Shown: positions 1 through 8,678, counted from the stretch's first letter. The stretch: 38,707 bases of DNA from a virus (IMGVR_UViG_2529292997_000008:1-38707); one strand, 5' to 3'. Notes: generated from the letters alone by a model not told the origin. Program-made: numbers and translations.

Positions 1-129
<129 letters not shown>

Positions 130-330
130 TCAGGGACTTGTTCGCACCTTCCTTAAGTGTTTAATTGTCTCAGGCAAGCATCCTGCTTCGTCATATTCCG
201 CTGATAATCCTGTTTTCTGGCGTAACTGCTGCATTGTGTCGATGCCATCCAGTTCAAGGATGTTGATAATTTTTGTTTCAAGTTCAATGCTCATTGTTTT
301 TAGCCTCAATTTAAGCGCGAAAACAGCCAC
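130..330 (-). CDS. hypothetical small protein downstream of helicase gene
   Basis: 66-codon ORF in track, same orientation as replication operon; no recognisable motifs; alternative internal start at 294. Confidence 0.3.
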   Translation of the reverse strand: MAVFALKLRLKTMSIELETKIINILELDGIDTMQQLRQKTGLSAEYDEAGCLPETIKHLRKVRTSP

Positions 331-373
331 CAGAAAGCGGTAAACTTTCCGGTAAGCCGTTTGCTCAAGTTAA

Positions 374-1795
374 TTAAAAAGATGCTTTATTCTGGTTGTT
401 TCGTGGCGAGAATCGGCTTACCGCCGGACGTTGTTGCATTGACTGGATGCAAGCTGACGCCGCGCGGGCCTGGTCACACGGTAATATGTTGCCGTTGTCG
501 TCAAAACGCTGGTAAACAGTCCCGGTTTTTCCGTGACGGTTTTTTGAAACGATAATCTCCATGTATTCGCGTGCAACAGATTGTTCGTTGTAGTAGCCGT
601 CGCGGTATACCATGATGATCCGGTCTGCGTCCTGTTCAAGATTGCCGGAATCGCGCAGATCAGAATTGTTCGGTCGCTTGTTCGGTCGTTCCTCGACGCG
701 GCGGGATAATTGCGCCAGCGCCGCCACTGGTACGCGCAATTCTTTCGCCATCATTTTCAATGACCACGACAATTGCCCTACAGCGAGATCGTGACGTTCT
801 GCCTTAGCCAGCTTCATTAACCCGATGTAGTCAATCATTACCATACCCAGGTTGGGATAATCCTGCTTCATTCGTTCAGTTGTGGCGCGTATTTCCTCGA
901 CAGTTAACTGTGATGCATCAACAATCCACACATCGAGATCAGCAAGTGCGCTCATTCCCTGGGCAACGTGCGCCCATCCTTCGTCATCCAGTTTTACCGG
1001 ATTACGTAAGCAATCCGTTGACAAATTCCCTGCGCCAGCGATAGCGCGTTCAGTCATCTGATCGAGCGACATTTCAAGCGTGAACAGCAAAACGCCGACC
1101 CGCTGACCTTCGCCTCCAGGGTATGGGCGTTCAGCCGCCGCGCGGGCAATTGCCAACGCCAACGCCGATTTACCAGACCCTGGGCGTCCGGCGATAAGCA
1201 CCAGATCAGTAGCGTTAATGCCGCCTAACATTTCGTCGAGTGGGTCAATCCCTGTTTTGATGTTGTCAGAGTTCACGCCACACTCCATGCGTTTACTTAA
1301 CACTTCCGTGTATTCCTGGACCGCATCGCGCAACAGCACCGGGATAATTTGATCTTTTGTTACCTTTAATTTTGAATACCGGGAATCAAAATCTTTCATC
1401 GTCTCCCTGACGACTTCAAGCGTCCCTGTTTCCAGCTTGTAGCGAATGTCTTCCATTAGTTCCAGCATTTGCCGACGCTGGTGTTCTTCCTGTAGTAGTT
1501 GCGCATATCCTTTCAGGTTGGCAGCAGAAGGGCACGATCGTGCCGTTTGCATTAGCGGTACAAAGTTTTCATTGCCAATCTCATCGCCAACCAATAACGC
1601 GTCGATAAGATTTCTGTTTCTGGCTTGCGCCCGGATAACTTCAAACGCACGTTTATAAAGCGGGATCGTGAACACTTCAGGATCAAGTGTGGCGAGAACA
1701 TCTTGCGCGTTAGGAGTAAGGCCACCTAACAGTAGCCCGCCGATAACTGACGCTTCACGTTCCTGCCGTAGTGAGTTTATTTGCTCAGTTACCAT
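374..1795 (-). CDS. replicative DNA helicase, DnaB family
   Basis: 473 aa; Walker A GRPGSGKSALAL, DnaB-like N-terminal and RecA-like C-terminal layout; GGAGG RBS upstream of ATG at 1795. Confidence 0.9.
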   Translation of the reverse strand: MVTEQINSLRQEREASVIGGLLLGGLTPNAQDVLATLDPEVFTIPLYKRAFEVIRAQARNRNLIDALLVGDEIGNENFVPLMQTARSCPSAANLKGYAQLLQEEHQRRQMLELMEDIRYKLETGTLEVVRETMKDFDSRYSKLKVTKDQIIPVLLRDAVQEYTEVLSKRMECGVNSDNIKTGIDPLDEMLGGINATDLVLIAGRPGSGKSALALAIARAAAERPYPGGEGQRVGVLLFTLEMSLDQMTERAIAGAGNLSTDCLRNPVKLDDEGWAHVAQGMSALADLDVWIVDASQLTVEEIRATTERMKQDYPNLGMVMIDYIGLMKLAKAERHDLAVGQLSWSLKMMAKELRVPVAALAQLSRRVEERPNKRPNNSDLRDSGNLEQDADRIIMVYRDGYYNEQSVAREYMEIIVSKNRHGKTGTVYQRFDDNGNILPCDQARAASACIQSMQQRPAVSRFSPRNNQNKASF

Positions 1796-1813
1796 TATGT
1801 TATTGCCTCCGGT

Positions 1814-2932
1814 TTACAAAATGGAATATTCAGGGTAATAAACAAAGCGCCCAATTTCCCCATGATCCGGGCTGTAAATAATCACCGCTGCCAGACGCCG
1901 CGACCGCCAGCCGCCATTAGTTGAATATGCGTCTTTGCCAGCTAATGTGCCGTGGTGCTCAACTATTCCAAGTGATGTTTCAACAACTGATTGATGGTGC
2001 AGATGTCCAGTGTGAGCGTAAACAGCCACAGACCTTCCGAAATCCTCCCGCCAGTCAGCTACGCAAGCAGACAATAAATTTTCCGGCTTTTTGATAGTGT
2101 GCCCGTGGTGGTAAGCAAGGAATGTTTTGCCATACTGTGTGTGGTGGACAATGGCAGGTGACACGTCAACAGTCACGCGCGGCTCATCTTCGTAAAAAGC
2201 CGCAAGCGCAGCACGTAGCCAGATCATACCTGATTGGTCGTGATTACCGGATAATACCTGGATCTCGACATCCTTATGATTTAGTAACATCTTCCCGACC
2301 GCACGCCGGACCGACCGGATCGCCACATAAACCAGTTTTGCGTAGCGTGAATCACAATCTAAAACGTGATTACTTGATGGCGTCACTGGTAACAGGCCGT
2401 CAGTGTGAAGCACATCACCGCCGAGAAGTAAAACAGCTTTTTCAGACATCGGAGCAGCGCCAACAGCGTAGTCAAAGAAGTCATTCAACACGCGCTCAGC
2501 GATCCCAGTATCGTAGCTCTCACCGCATTCAGCTTTATGAGCAAGCGCCCCGATATGCAGATCAAACACCGGATAAAGTGCCAGGCTTTTTTGAAAATCA
2601 ATTTCAGGCACTGGCACAGCCTCCGCGCGTGGTATTTCATCAGTGAAAGCGTCGCGGGCCGCTTCCATTAGCTGTTCCATTTCTTCGCGGTCACGGGCTG
2701 TTTTAATCCAGCGCATGATAACATTGCCGTTCTTATCGACTAGCAACGACTCGCCATTGACGCCAAAACCAGGAGCGCGGCGTGTTGATAATAAACCACG
2801 TTTCGCCAGTTTTGCGCCCAGGCGCTCGACATTGCGTTTTGACATGCCATATTTTTCAGCAATCTGCTTGTACGTTAAACCGTTGTTATATTCAGCGATC
2901 AATTGCTCATCGCTGATTTTTCTTTGCGACAT
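1814..2932 (-). CDS. HTH domain protein fused to calcineurin-like metallophosphoesterase
   Basis: 372 aa; N-terminal HTH (LTYKQIAEKYGMSKRNVERL); metallophosphatase motifs DLH, GGD, GNHD, HHGH, GHLHH in canonical order; GAGGA RBS. Confidence 0.6.
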   Translation of the reverse strand: MSQRKISDEQLIAEYNNGLTYKQIAEKYGMSKRNVERLGAKLAKRGLLSTRRAPGFGVNGESLLVDKNGNVIMRWIKTARDREEMEQLMEAARDAFTDEIPRAEAVPVPEIDFQKSLALYPVFDLHIGALAHKAECGESYDTGIAERVLNDFFDYAVGAAPMSEKAVLLLGGDVLHTDGLLPVTPSSNHVLDCDSRYAKLVYVAIRSVRRAVGKMLLNHKDVEIQVLSGNHDQSGMIWLRAALAAFYEDEPRVTVDVSPAIVHHTQYGKTFLAYHHGHTIKKPENLLSACVADWREDFGRSVAVYAHTGHLHHQSVVETSLGIVEHHGTLAGKDAYSTNGGWRSRRLAAVIIYSPDHGEIGRFVYYPEYSIL

Positions 2933-2966
2933 AATGTTAATTCCTCAGGTTTACATTTTGTATACA

Positions 2967-4022
2967 TCAGGATATAGCACAACGAAAAAACTTGCACCCC
3001 AAATAATCCTCAATGCGTTTTTGTCTTATCGCATCGCTTTTTGCTTGCCGTTTGTGATGTGATTCATCAATTTCTACAGCAATATTATTCACAAGATCGT
3101 AGCCATCAATAAAATACTTGTTGCCAGCAACATTAACAGGATATTGCCTTATTAATTTAACTCCTTTTAGTTTTTCGTACATAGTTAATCCAGCATGTTC
3201 ATAACGCTTCCTAATCATATTTTTACAATTATAACTCATTTCTGATAATTTCTCGTCACATTCCCTTTTTATTTCCTCAATTACATTCTTGTCGCTTTTT
3301 AATTCAATAAAGTTTTCTATGTCGTTATAATTACCGCATTCAAAATTATTACTAAGACCTTTATTTTGACCCCATGTATGATACTTTTCCGCTATCTTAT
3401 CGCTAATATATCTTTCATATCCATAATTTGTTTTAACTGTAAAATATTCAATATTTAAATCAATGGTAAACTCATCATTATTAAGATGTTCATTTAAAAA
3501 CGTATCTGGATCTGCAATATCGCTTGAATGAAACAACCTTACCCATAGTTTTTCTATTGATACTCCGCGAGTAACGAACAACCATTTTTTATACTTTTCA
3601 GCATCTTCCTTTGACACATACACAGAGCATCGCCCGGGAGTATCACTAGTTTCAACATAGTTGTTACACCATAAAACATAATTATAAGCATAAGGACTAT
3701 CTTTTCTGGTATTATTTGAATATTTATTAAACACATCTTGTAAATCAACTAATCCACAAGATTCAATAACTGGCTTAACCCAATTTTCATTATATTCATA
3801 ATGTCTATATTTACCAGGTGTAACGAATCTAATAAACGTTATAGGTGTGATATACACATCATCACCATCAATAATAAAATCCTTGTATTCCTCAAATCCG
3901 TAAAGATCAGAGTATTTAACAAATGATTTAAGCCTATCGATTTCAAGTTCAGAAACAAGATTATTAACAGATAGTAATTGCGTGTCCTTACAATTTAGTT
4001 TCACATGATAAGTGGCAATCAT
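2967..4022 (-). CDS. low-GC accessory protein with C-terminal DUF559/Vsr-like (PD-(D/E)xK) endonuclease-type motif
   Basis: Track ORF 2967..4103 trimmed to ATG at 4022 preceded by AAGAGG; 351 aa; markedly AT-rich versus flanks; C-terminus FIDGYDLVNNIAVEIDESHH..DAIRQKRIEDYLGCKFFR fits pattern aIE.DG..HH...D..R...L...G..v.R. Confidence 0.6.
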   Translation of the reverse strand: MIATYHVKLNCKDTQLLSVNNLVSELEIDRLKSFVKYSDLYGFEEYKDFIIDGDDVYITPITFIRFVTPGKYRHYEYNENWVKPVIESCGLVDLQDVFNKYSNNTRKDSPYAYNYVLWCNNYVETSDTPGRCSVYVSKEDAEKYKKWLFVTRGVSIEKLWVRLFHSSDIADPDTFLNEHLNNDEFTIDLNIEYFTVKTNYGYERYISDKIAEKYHTWGQNKGLSNNFECGNYNDIENFIELKSDKNVIEEIKRECDEKLSEMSYNCKNMIRKRYEHAGLTMYEKLKGVKLIRQYPVNVAGNKYFIDGYDLVNNIAVEIDESHHKRQAKSDAIRQKRIEDYLGCKFFRCAIS

Positions 4023-4175
4023 ATGTACCTCTTTTCTTAATTTTATATATAACGCCTCAGACGTGCTACAACGCAAAAATCCCACCGCGTAACCCGTTTG
4101 CACAGGTTGCAGTGTCTTATTGCGTCAGAGGCGCTCTCAGGTGGCTAATTTTTGATTTACAGGCTGGTATGAAGG

Positions 4176-4277
4176 TTATGGATTGATAAGAAGGAACAAA
4201 CCGCCGAACAAAGCGACGTTAACAGCGATTGCAGCAGCGATGGCAAAGGCCAGGGCGAAAACGTGTTTACCGTCCAT
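4176..4277 (-). CDS. small hydrophobic peptide (33 aa, single predicted TM helix)
   Basis: MDGKHVFALAFAIAAAIAVNVALFGGLFLLINP; ATG with GAGAGGA RBS; not in track (<60 aa). Confidence 0.3.
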   Translation of the reverse strand: MDGKHVFALAFAIAAAIAVNVALFGGLFLLINP

Positions 4278-4410
4278 TTTAAAATCCTCTCTAAAACGCT
4301 CTATAACGAGCTAAATAGCTAAAGATATGCAATCGTAGCACCATGCGTGTTTTAGCTCGCTGGTGAGGTTGTTTTGTGGGTAATTTTGGATTTTTGCGAA
4401 TCGTGGTTGG

Positions 4411-5463
4411 TCAAAGAGCGCCTGCGCGTGTGTCGCGTAGCGTTTTTGGTTTAAGCAGGAAATCAAGTGTCGCTGTGAAGCCATTGCCGAAGTAAAAATC
4501 TGAAGCCGTGTTTTTGAATGTTTCGAAGTAGGCGACAAAGCCGTTAATGCTTTTGTCTTTCAGGTAGTCAGTGAACGCATAGATCTTGCGTTCAAGATCC
4601 CGATCCAGTTCGACAGGTGGTAACAGGCCGTCAAACGTGCTGTTAAATGCTTCCACCACGTCGGCAGCGTTTGCAGTGGCTGACAGTTTGCGCCATTGTT
4701 CAGCATCAGTCAGATACCCATCAAATTTAGTTACCCGGCAAATATTGATAGGCTTAGGTGTTCCACCACGGCTACGCCATTGCGTTAAAGCCCACTCAAT
4801 CACTAATGTGATCTCATCCTCCGTATACGCTTTACGTGTTTTTGTTTCTGTCAGTAGTTCGATGAATGGCTTCGCATCACGACATTTGCATCCTGCCTTG
4901 TCGTTGTAGAAGGCCAGGCAACGCAACGCCGCTTCGTTTACGCCATCATGATTGACCATTTTTTGTTCATTTTCGACAATACACGAAGTGTATATATCTT
5001 TTTCTCTTTCTTCTTCTACTTCTAATTCTAATTCATGACCCTTTCCTGACCCGGTCATGACCCTATCATGACCTTTTTGTGTTGGATTGATTAACTTTTC
5101 TAATTTTAATTGCTCCTTAGCTGTGTTTATGGCGGCCCTGTACGCGCTTTTAGAAGTCATTGATTGGTCAAGCCTTTTCAATAACTTTAAACAAGTTATG
5201 TGGCCTTGAGAACATTCAAACAAACCAATTTCGATGAAGTATTTCATCATTTCTTCTATACGTTTTTCAGTCGATCCGACGTTTCGCGCAATGATTCTCG
5301 CGTCATGTCGTAGGTCAAAAGTCAGATTGTGCTGATCTACGTCATAAGTTATTAGTTCGAGGCAATACCAATAAAGCCCGTACCCTTCCAGGCCATAATC
5401 TAACAAAACGTTTTGAAGTTTTTCATCGCGGTTCGCATCGCTGTCATGCTTAAACCACTTCAT
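4411..5463 (-). CDS. replication initiation protein, phage replisome-organizer N-terminal type
   Basis: 350 aa; N-terminus MKWFKHDSDANRDEKLQNVLLDYGLEGYGLYWYCLELI resembles replisome organizer N-domain; acidic linker; GGAGGG RBS; start overlaps upstream stop. Confidence 0.65.
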   Translation of the reverse strand: MKWFKHDSDANRDEKLQNVLLDYGLEGYGLYWYCLELITYDVDQHNLTFDLRHDARIIARNVGSTEKRIEEMMKYFIEIGLFECSQGHITCLKLLKRLDQSMTSKSAYRAAINTAKEQLKLEKLINPTQKGHDRVMTGSGKGHELELEVEEEREKDIYTSCIVENEQKMVNHDGVNEAALRCLAFYNDKAGCKCRDAKPFIELLTETKTRKAYTEDEITLVIEWALTQWRSRGGTPKPINICRVTKFDGYLTDAEQWRKLSATANAADVVEAFNSTFDGLLPPVELDRDLERKIYAFTDYLKDKSINGFVAYFETFKNTASDFYFGNGFTATLDFLLKPKTLRDTRAGAL

Positions 5464-5466
5464 AGA

Positions 5467-5724
5467 TCATCCCTCCGGCAACATCACTACATAGACATCA
5501 CTGAATGCATCAAGACGACAAACAAATCCTTTATCCATTAACGCGGCGAAGGCATCATGTACCGTATGAACAGGAAGTTCACACATTGCGGCTACTTCTT
5601 TGCGTGATGCATCATGTACCCGTCCTTTGTTATCTGCCTTTTCAGCCAGAGCCATTAAGACAAGTTTTTGAATCGGGCTATTAAGTTTTACGTTCCATGC
5701 TTTACTAATCATGTTTATACTCAT
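5467..5724 (-). CDS. small winged-helix DNA-binding protein at Cro/CII position
   Basis: 85 aa from ATG at 5724 with AGGAGA RBS (the 111-aa track version needs a TTG start); first gene of leftward operon divergent from cI. Confidence 0.5.
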   Translation of the reverse strand: MSINMISKAWNVKLNSPIQKLVLMALAEKADNKGRVHDASRKEVAAMCELPVHTVHDAFAALMDKGFVCRLDAFSDVYVVMLPEG

Positions 5725-5833
5725 CGCATTTTCTCCTATGGTTAGAGTGAACGCGCGGGCGGGCATCCCATTAGCATTAGATAGCAGTGACTGACCGCTC
5801 AACAGATCCCGCCGTTGCGTGATATTTGTTTTT

Positions 5834-5867
5834 CGCTTCGCAGCGACACCGGATTTTTAAAGAGCAT
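5834..5867 (-). promoter_or_regulatory. candidate nut-like site (boxA TGCTCTTTAAAAA plus boxB-like hairpin CGCU-GCGA-AGCG) in leftward leader
   Basis: Read on minus strand; boxA 11-12/13 to rrn/lambda boxA consensus, followed 8 nt later by 4-bp stem with GNRA-type loop. Confidence 0.35.
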
Positions 5868-6029
5868 AAGGTAAGTGCCTTTTTGTGCCTTCCGTTATCT
5901 TTTTCCTTGCGTCTTTGCAAGTATGGCCTTACCTTGTCTGCAAGTTTACAAAATGGAATTTTAAGATCAAGGCTTAAAATACACGTTTTGTGACTTGCAT
6001 CAAACTTTTTGAGGTTATAGGGTAGCGAC

Positions 6030-6677
6030 ATGAAAACAAAATGGTATGACTTAGCAAAGCAGCTCATGCGGGCGCAGGGCATGAGCCAGGATTCGCTCGC
6101 GGATCGTATGGGGATAACTAAAGGCGGCCTGTCACACTGGCTGAACGGTCGCCGAGAGCCAAATCTTGAAGATATTGCGCGGATTATGCGCGAGCTTGGT
6201 CGTCGGCAGTTTACTGTTACACATGATGGCATGGTCATTGATGATTCTGTTTCTAATACACTTCAGGCCGTGCCGCCGCGTGATTTAGGTAGTTACCCGG
6301 TTATTGACTGGAAGGACACAGTAAACAATATGGATGACGCAAGGCGTTCAGCATTACGACACGTTACGACTAGCGTTATTTGTTCAGATGACAGTTACTG
6401 GCTGGTTGCCAAAGGTGAATCAATGAACGCGCCGCAGGGGTTGAGCATCCCGGCGGGGACGATGATACTTGTGGACCCGCACGCGCCAGCTATTGACGGC
6501 AAACTGGTTATAGCCCAGCTTGAGGAAGGGCAGATACCGACGTTTAAACAGTTGATTATTGATGGAGGTCAAAGGCTTTTACGTTCGCTCAATCCGCTGT
6601 ATCCGCCAATCCCTATGAATCCAGAATCAAAAATTATAGGCGTGGTGGTTGATGCGAAGATCGTAAACCTGCCATAA
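6030..6677 (+). CDS. CI-type prophage repressor (HTH-XRE N-domain, LexA-like S24 peptidase C-domain)
   Basis: 215 aa; HTH QDSLADRMGITKGGLSHWLNGRR; C-domain with GESM serine motif and downstream Lys-containing segment; GAGG RBS. Confidence 0.85.
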   Translation: MKTKWYDLAKQLMRAQGMSQDSLADRMGITKGGLSHWLNGRREPNLEDIARIMRELGRRQFTVTHDGMVIDDSVSNTLQAVPPRDLGSYPVIDWKDTVNNMDDARRSALRHVTTSVICSDDSYWLVAKGESMNAPQGLSIPAGTMILVDPHAPAIDGKLVIAQLEEGQIPTFKQLIIDGGQRLLRSLNPLYPPIPMNPESKIIGVVVDAKIVNLP

Positions 6678-6684
6678 ACATTAG

Positions 6685-6708
6685 CCGCCGAATGGCGGCT
6701 TTTCTTTG
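6685..6708 (+). terminator. rho-independent terminator after repressor gene
   Basis: GCCGCC-GAAT-GGCGGC hairpin followed by TTTTCTTTG. Confidence 0.7.
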
Positions 6709-6800
6709 CCTGGGAAACACCAAAACGTAAACAGAAAACGTTATTTATTATTTAAATATCAATGGCATATAAAATATTTTAAAAAAGTATACAAAATGGA

Positions 6801-6829
6801 TTGACTCGATGTTTTACGGGGCGTATATT
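6801..6829 (+). promoter_or_regulatory. sigma70-like promoter (PL-analogue) driving rightward early operon
   Basis: TTGACT-17 nt-TATATT; TACAAAATGGA motif immediately upstream (6790-6800). Confidence 0.5.
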
Positions 6830-7082
6830 GCGAGTCAAAGGAAGGGCGCAGGTAACAAAAGCAACTTCCTGGCACTTTAAAAATCAGGCTTAACACCTTG
6901 TCAACCGTGGAGTAACTCCCCGATGGGGGACCGAAAGCGGCACTGATAACAAGGCGCATGGGGTGTTTAAAGCGTTACATCCCCCACGAAACCGCACGCA
7001 AGGCGACGAGTCAGCTTGCTTGGAGTGAGCAAGGTCACGCCGGGAACGGCGATGATTGCGGGATTAGTTGAAAGATGTTAAG

Positions 7083-7120
7083 CCGCTCATTAACAATCTG
7101 GTCAGCCGCTGGAAGTGCGG
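7083..7120 (+). promoter_or_regulatory. candidate nutL-like site (boxA CGCTCATTAACAA, boxB-like hairpin GCCGC-UGGAAGU-GCGGC)
   Basis: boxA 11/13 to consensus, 11-nt spacer, 5-bp stem hairpin; about 60 nt upstream of N-like ORF. Confidence 0.45.
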
Positions 7121-7177
7121 CAATTAACGAAGATGATTTTTTATTAAGTATCATCAAGGATATACGGAGATCAGATT

Positions 7178-7468
7178 ATGAGCGTTACAATTATATATGG
7201 TAAATGTGATAGCAAAATGAATGCCAGGGAACGCAGAAGGATAAAAAGAGAAAACGAAAGAAAATCATCACCTGCAATCAATAAAACAGACAATGTGGAT
7301 AAAGCTATTCGATTTGCAAACGAGGAAAGATGCAAACCAAATAGCATTAAAGAACGTCGCAAAGGATCAGTAAAATGGTATACGGAAAATGAAAGCGGCA
7401 GCTACTACCACGCAACGCAACCACGCCATTTAGGGGAAAAACCCCTGGATAAAGTCCGCTACCATTAA
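7178..7468 (+). CDS. N-like transcription antiterminator candidate (arginine-rich motif protein)
   Basis: 96 aa, basic; N-proximal ARM NARERRRIKRENERK; first gene after PL-like promoter and nut-like site. Confidence 0.5.
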   Translation: MSVTIIYGKCDSKMNARERRRIKRENERKSSPAINKTDNVDKAIRFANEERCKPNSIKERRKGSVKWYTENESGSYYHATQPRHLGEKPLDKVRYH

Positions 7469-7498
7469 TACAAAATGTAAACATCCGGAGATGACATT

Positions 7499-7621
7499 AT
7501 GGTTATTCAGGCGCTTCAATTCAAACTGGCAGTAGCGGAAATGCTTCACGATGCCGAAATGTGGAGCGCCGCGAATAAAGCCTTATACATAGTGTTAACA
7601 GCACGGGAGATTAAATGGTGA
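7499..7621 (+). CDS. small ORF (40 aa)
   Basis: ATG with GGAG RBS, preceded by conserved 15-mer ATACAAAATGTAAAC cassette; overlaps erf start. Confidence 0.35.
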   Translation: MVIQALQFKLAVAEMLHDAEMWSAANKALYIVLTAREIKW

Positions 7622-8259
7622 AAACAGAGTTACATAAAAAGCTATGGACGATTCAGCAAACGCTGAACGCGCCGAAAAATCAGCGTAATAATTTTGGTGG
7701 ATATAATTACAGGTCGGCGGAGGATATTTTAGAGGCGGTTAAACCACTGCTTCAAAATATCACGCTGACTGTTAGTGATGAAATTGTCCTGATCGGCAAT
7801 CGCTATTATGTGAAAGCAACGGCGACGCTAAGCGACGGTGAAGACGTAATAGCGGTAACTGCTTATGCCAGGGAGGAAGAAAACAAGAAGGGTATGGACG
7901 CCAGCCAGCTAACAGGAGCAACATCAAGTTACGCGCGTAAATATGCTTTGAACGGTTTATTCTGTATAGATGATGCTCGCGATCCTGATACTGATGCTTA
8001 CGCGAAGCAGACAGGCCAGCAGCCGCGACAACAGAAAAACCCACCAAAACAACAACCGCAGCAGAAGAAAGCGCCGCCAAATCCTGATGAAGTATTAGCA
8101 CGTTTCTGTGATGCAGCAGCGAAAGCGCAGGACGCTAACAAGCTGCGTGAAATATTTGGCAAATGCTGGAAATTACTACCGGAAGGATCGGAACATCGAA
8201 TCAAGGCAAAAGATGTTTATGACATCCGGGTCGCAGAGCTTAACGGGGAGATGGGTTAA
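7615..8259 (+). CDS. erf: ERF-family single-strand annealing recombinase
   Basis: 214 aa; N-terminal ERF-like core, Q/P-rich linker, C-terminal domain; GGGAGA RBS. Confidence 0.8.
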   Translation: MVKTELHKKLWTIQQTLNAPKNQRNNFGGYNYRSAEDILEAVKPLLQNITLTVSDEIVLIGNRYYVKATATLSDGEDVIAVTAYAREEENKKGMDASQLTGATSSYARKYALNGLFCIDDARDPDTDAYAKQTGQQPRQQKNPPKQQPQQKKAPPNPDEVLARFCDAAAKAQDANKLREIFGKCWKLLPEGSEHRIKAKDVYDIRVAELNGEMG

Positions 8260-8678
8260 TGAGTTTGAATTCAATTACGCTGGGCGGGAATATCGGAAAC
8301 GACATGGAAGTTCGCTACACGCAAAACGGTAAAGCGATTGGTAGTTTTCCGTTAGCTGTAACGAATGGCTACGGTGATAACAAGCGGACAATGTGGATCA
8401 CTTGCCTGGTATTTGGTGAGCGTGCGGAAAAATTAGCGCCACATATCCGCAAGGGTGGAAAAATAGTGGTAAGCGGTCGCCTGGATGTTCGGCAATATGA
8501 CCGGAACGACGGCACGAAGGGGACTGCGGTAGAAGTGGCGGTTAATGAATTTGAATTCATGAATGTTAACCAACAAGGCCAGCAGCAAGGACAGCAGCAG
8601 AAAGCGCCGCCGCAGCAGCAGAATAATAACGGGAATAATCCGCCTCCGATGGACTTCGACGACGATATTCCTTTTTAG
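8259..8678 (+). CDS. ssb: single-stranded DNA-binding protein
   Basis: 139 aa; OB-fold core, Gln/Gly/Pro-rich linker, acidic C-terminal tail DFDDDIPF. Confidence 0.9.
   Translation: MSLNSITLGGNIGNDMEVRYTQNGKAIGSFPLAVTNGYGDNKRTMWITCLVFGERAEKLAPHIRKGGKIVVSGRLDVRQYDRNDGTKGTAVEVAVNEFEFMNVNQQGQQQGQQQKAPPQQQNNNGNNPPPMDFDDDIPF

Noticed and set aside
2122-3062. Plus-strand ORFs (174 and 139 aa) inside and antisense to the phosphoesterase and AT-rich genes
   Set aside because: Overlap supported minus-strand CDSs; low-complexity Ser/Arg-rich translations typical of antisense frames.
4311-4538. 75-aa minus-strand ORF overlapping the 3' end of the replication initiator gene
   Set aside because: Alternative frame of a supported CDS; no independent signals.
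5467-5802. 111-aa version of the Cro-position gene
   Set aside because: Requires a TTG start with no RBS; the internal ATG at 5724 has a strong AGGAGA RBS, so the 85-aa form is preferred.
5777-6238. 153-aa ORF on the minus strand spanning the immunity intergenic region and the start of the repressor gene
   Set aside because: Antisense to a well-supported repressor CDS, crosses the promoter region, no RBS; most likely a chance ORF.
6759-6959. 66-aa minus-strand ORF in the long leader between the repressor terminator and the N-like gene
   Set aside because: No RBS, lies in a structured leader downstream of the PL-like promoter on the opposite strand.
8570-8640. CAG/CAA-rich repeat-like stretch inside ssb
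   Set aside because: It is the coding sequence of the Gln-rich SSB linker, not a DNA-level repeat element or CRISPR array.
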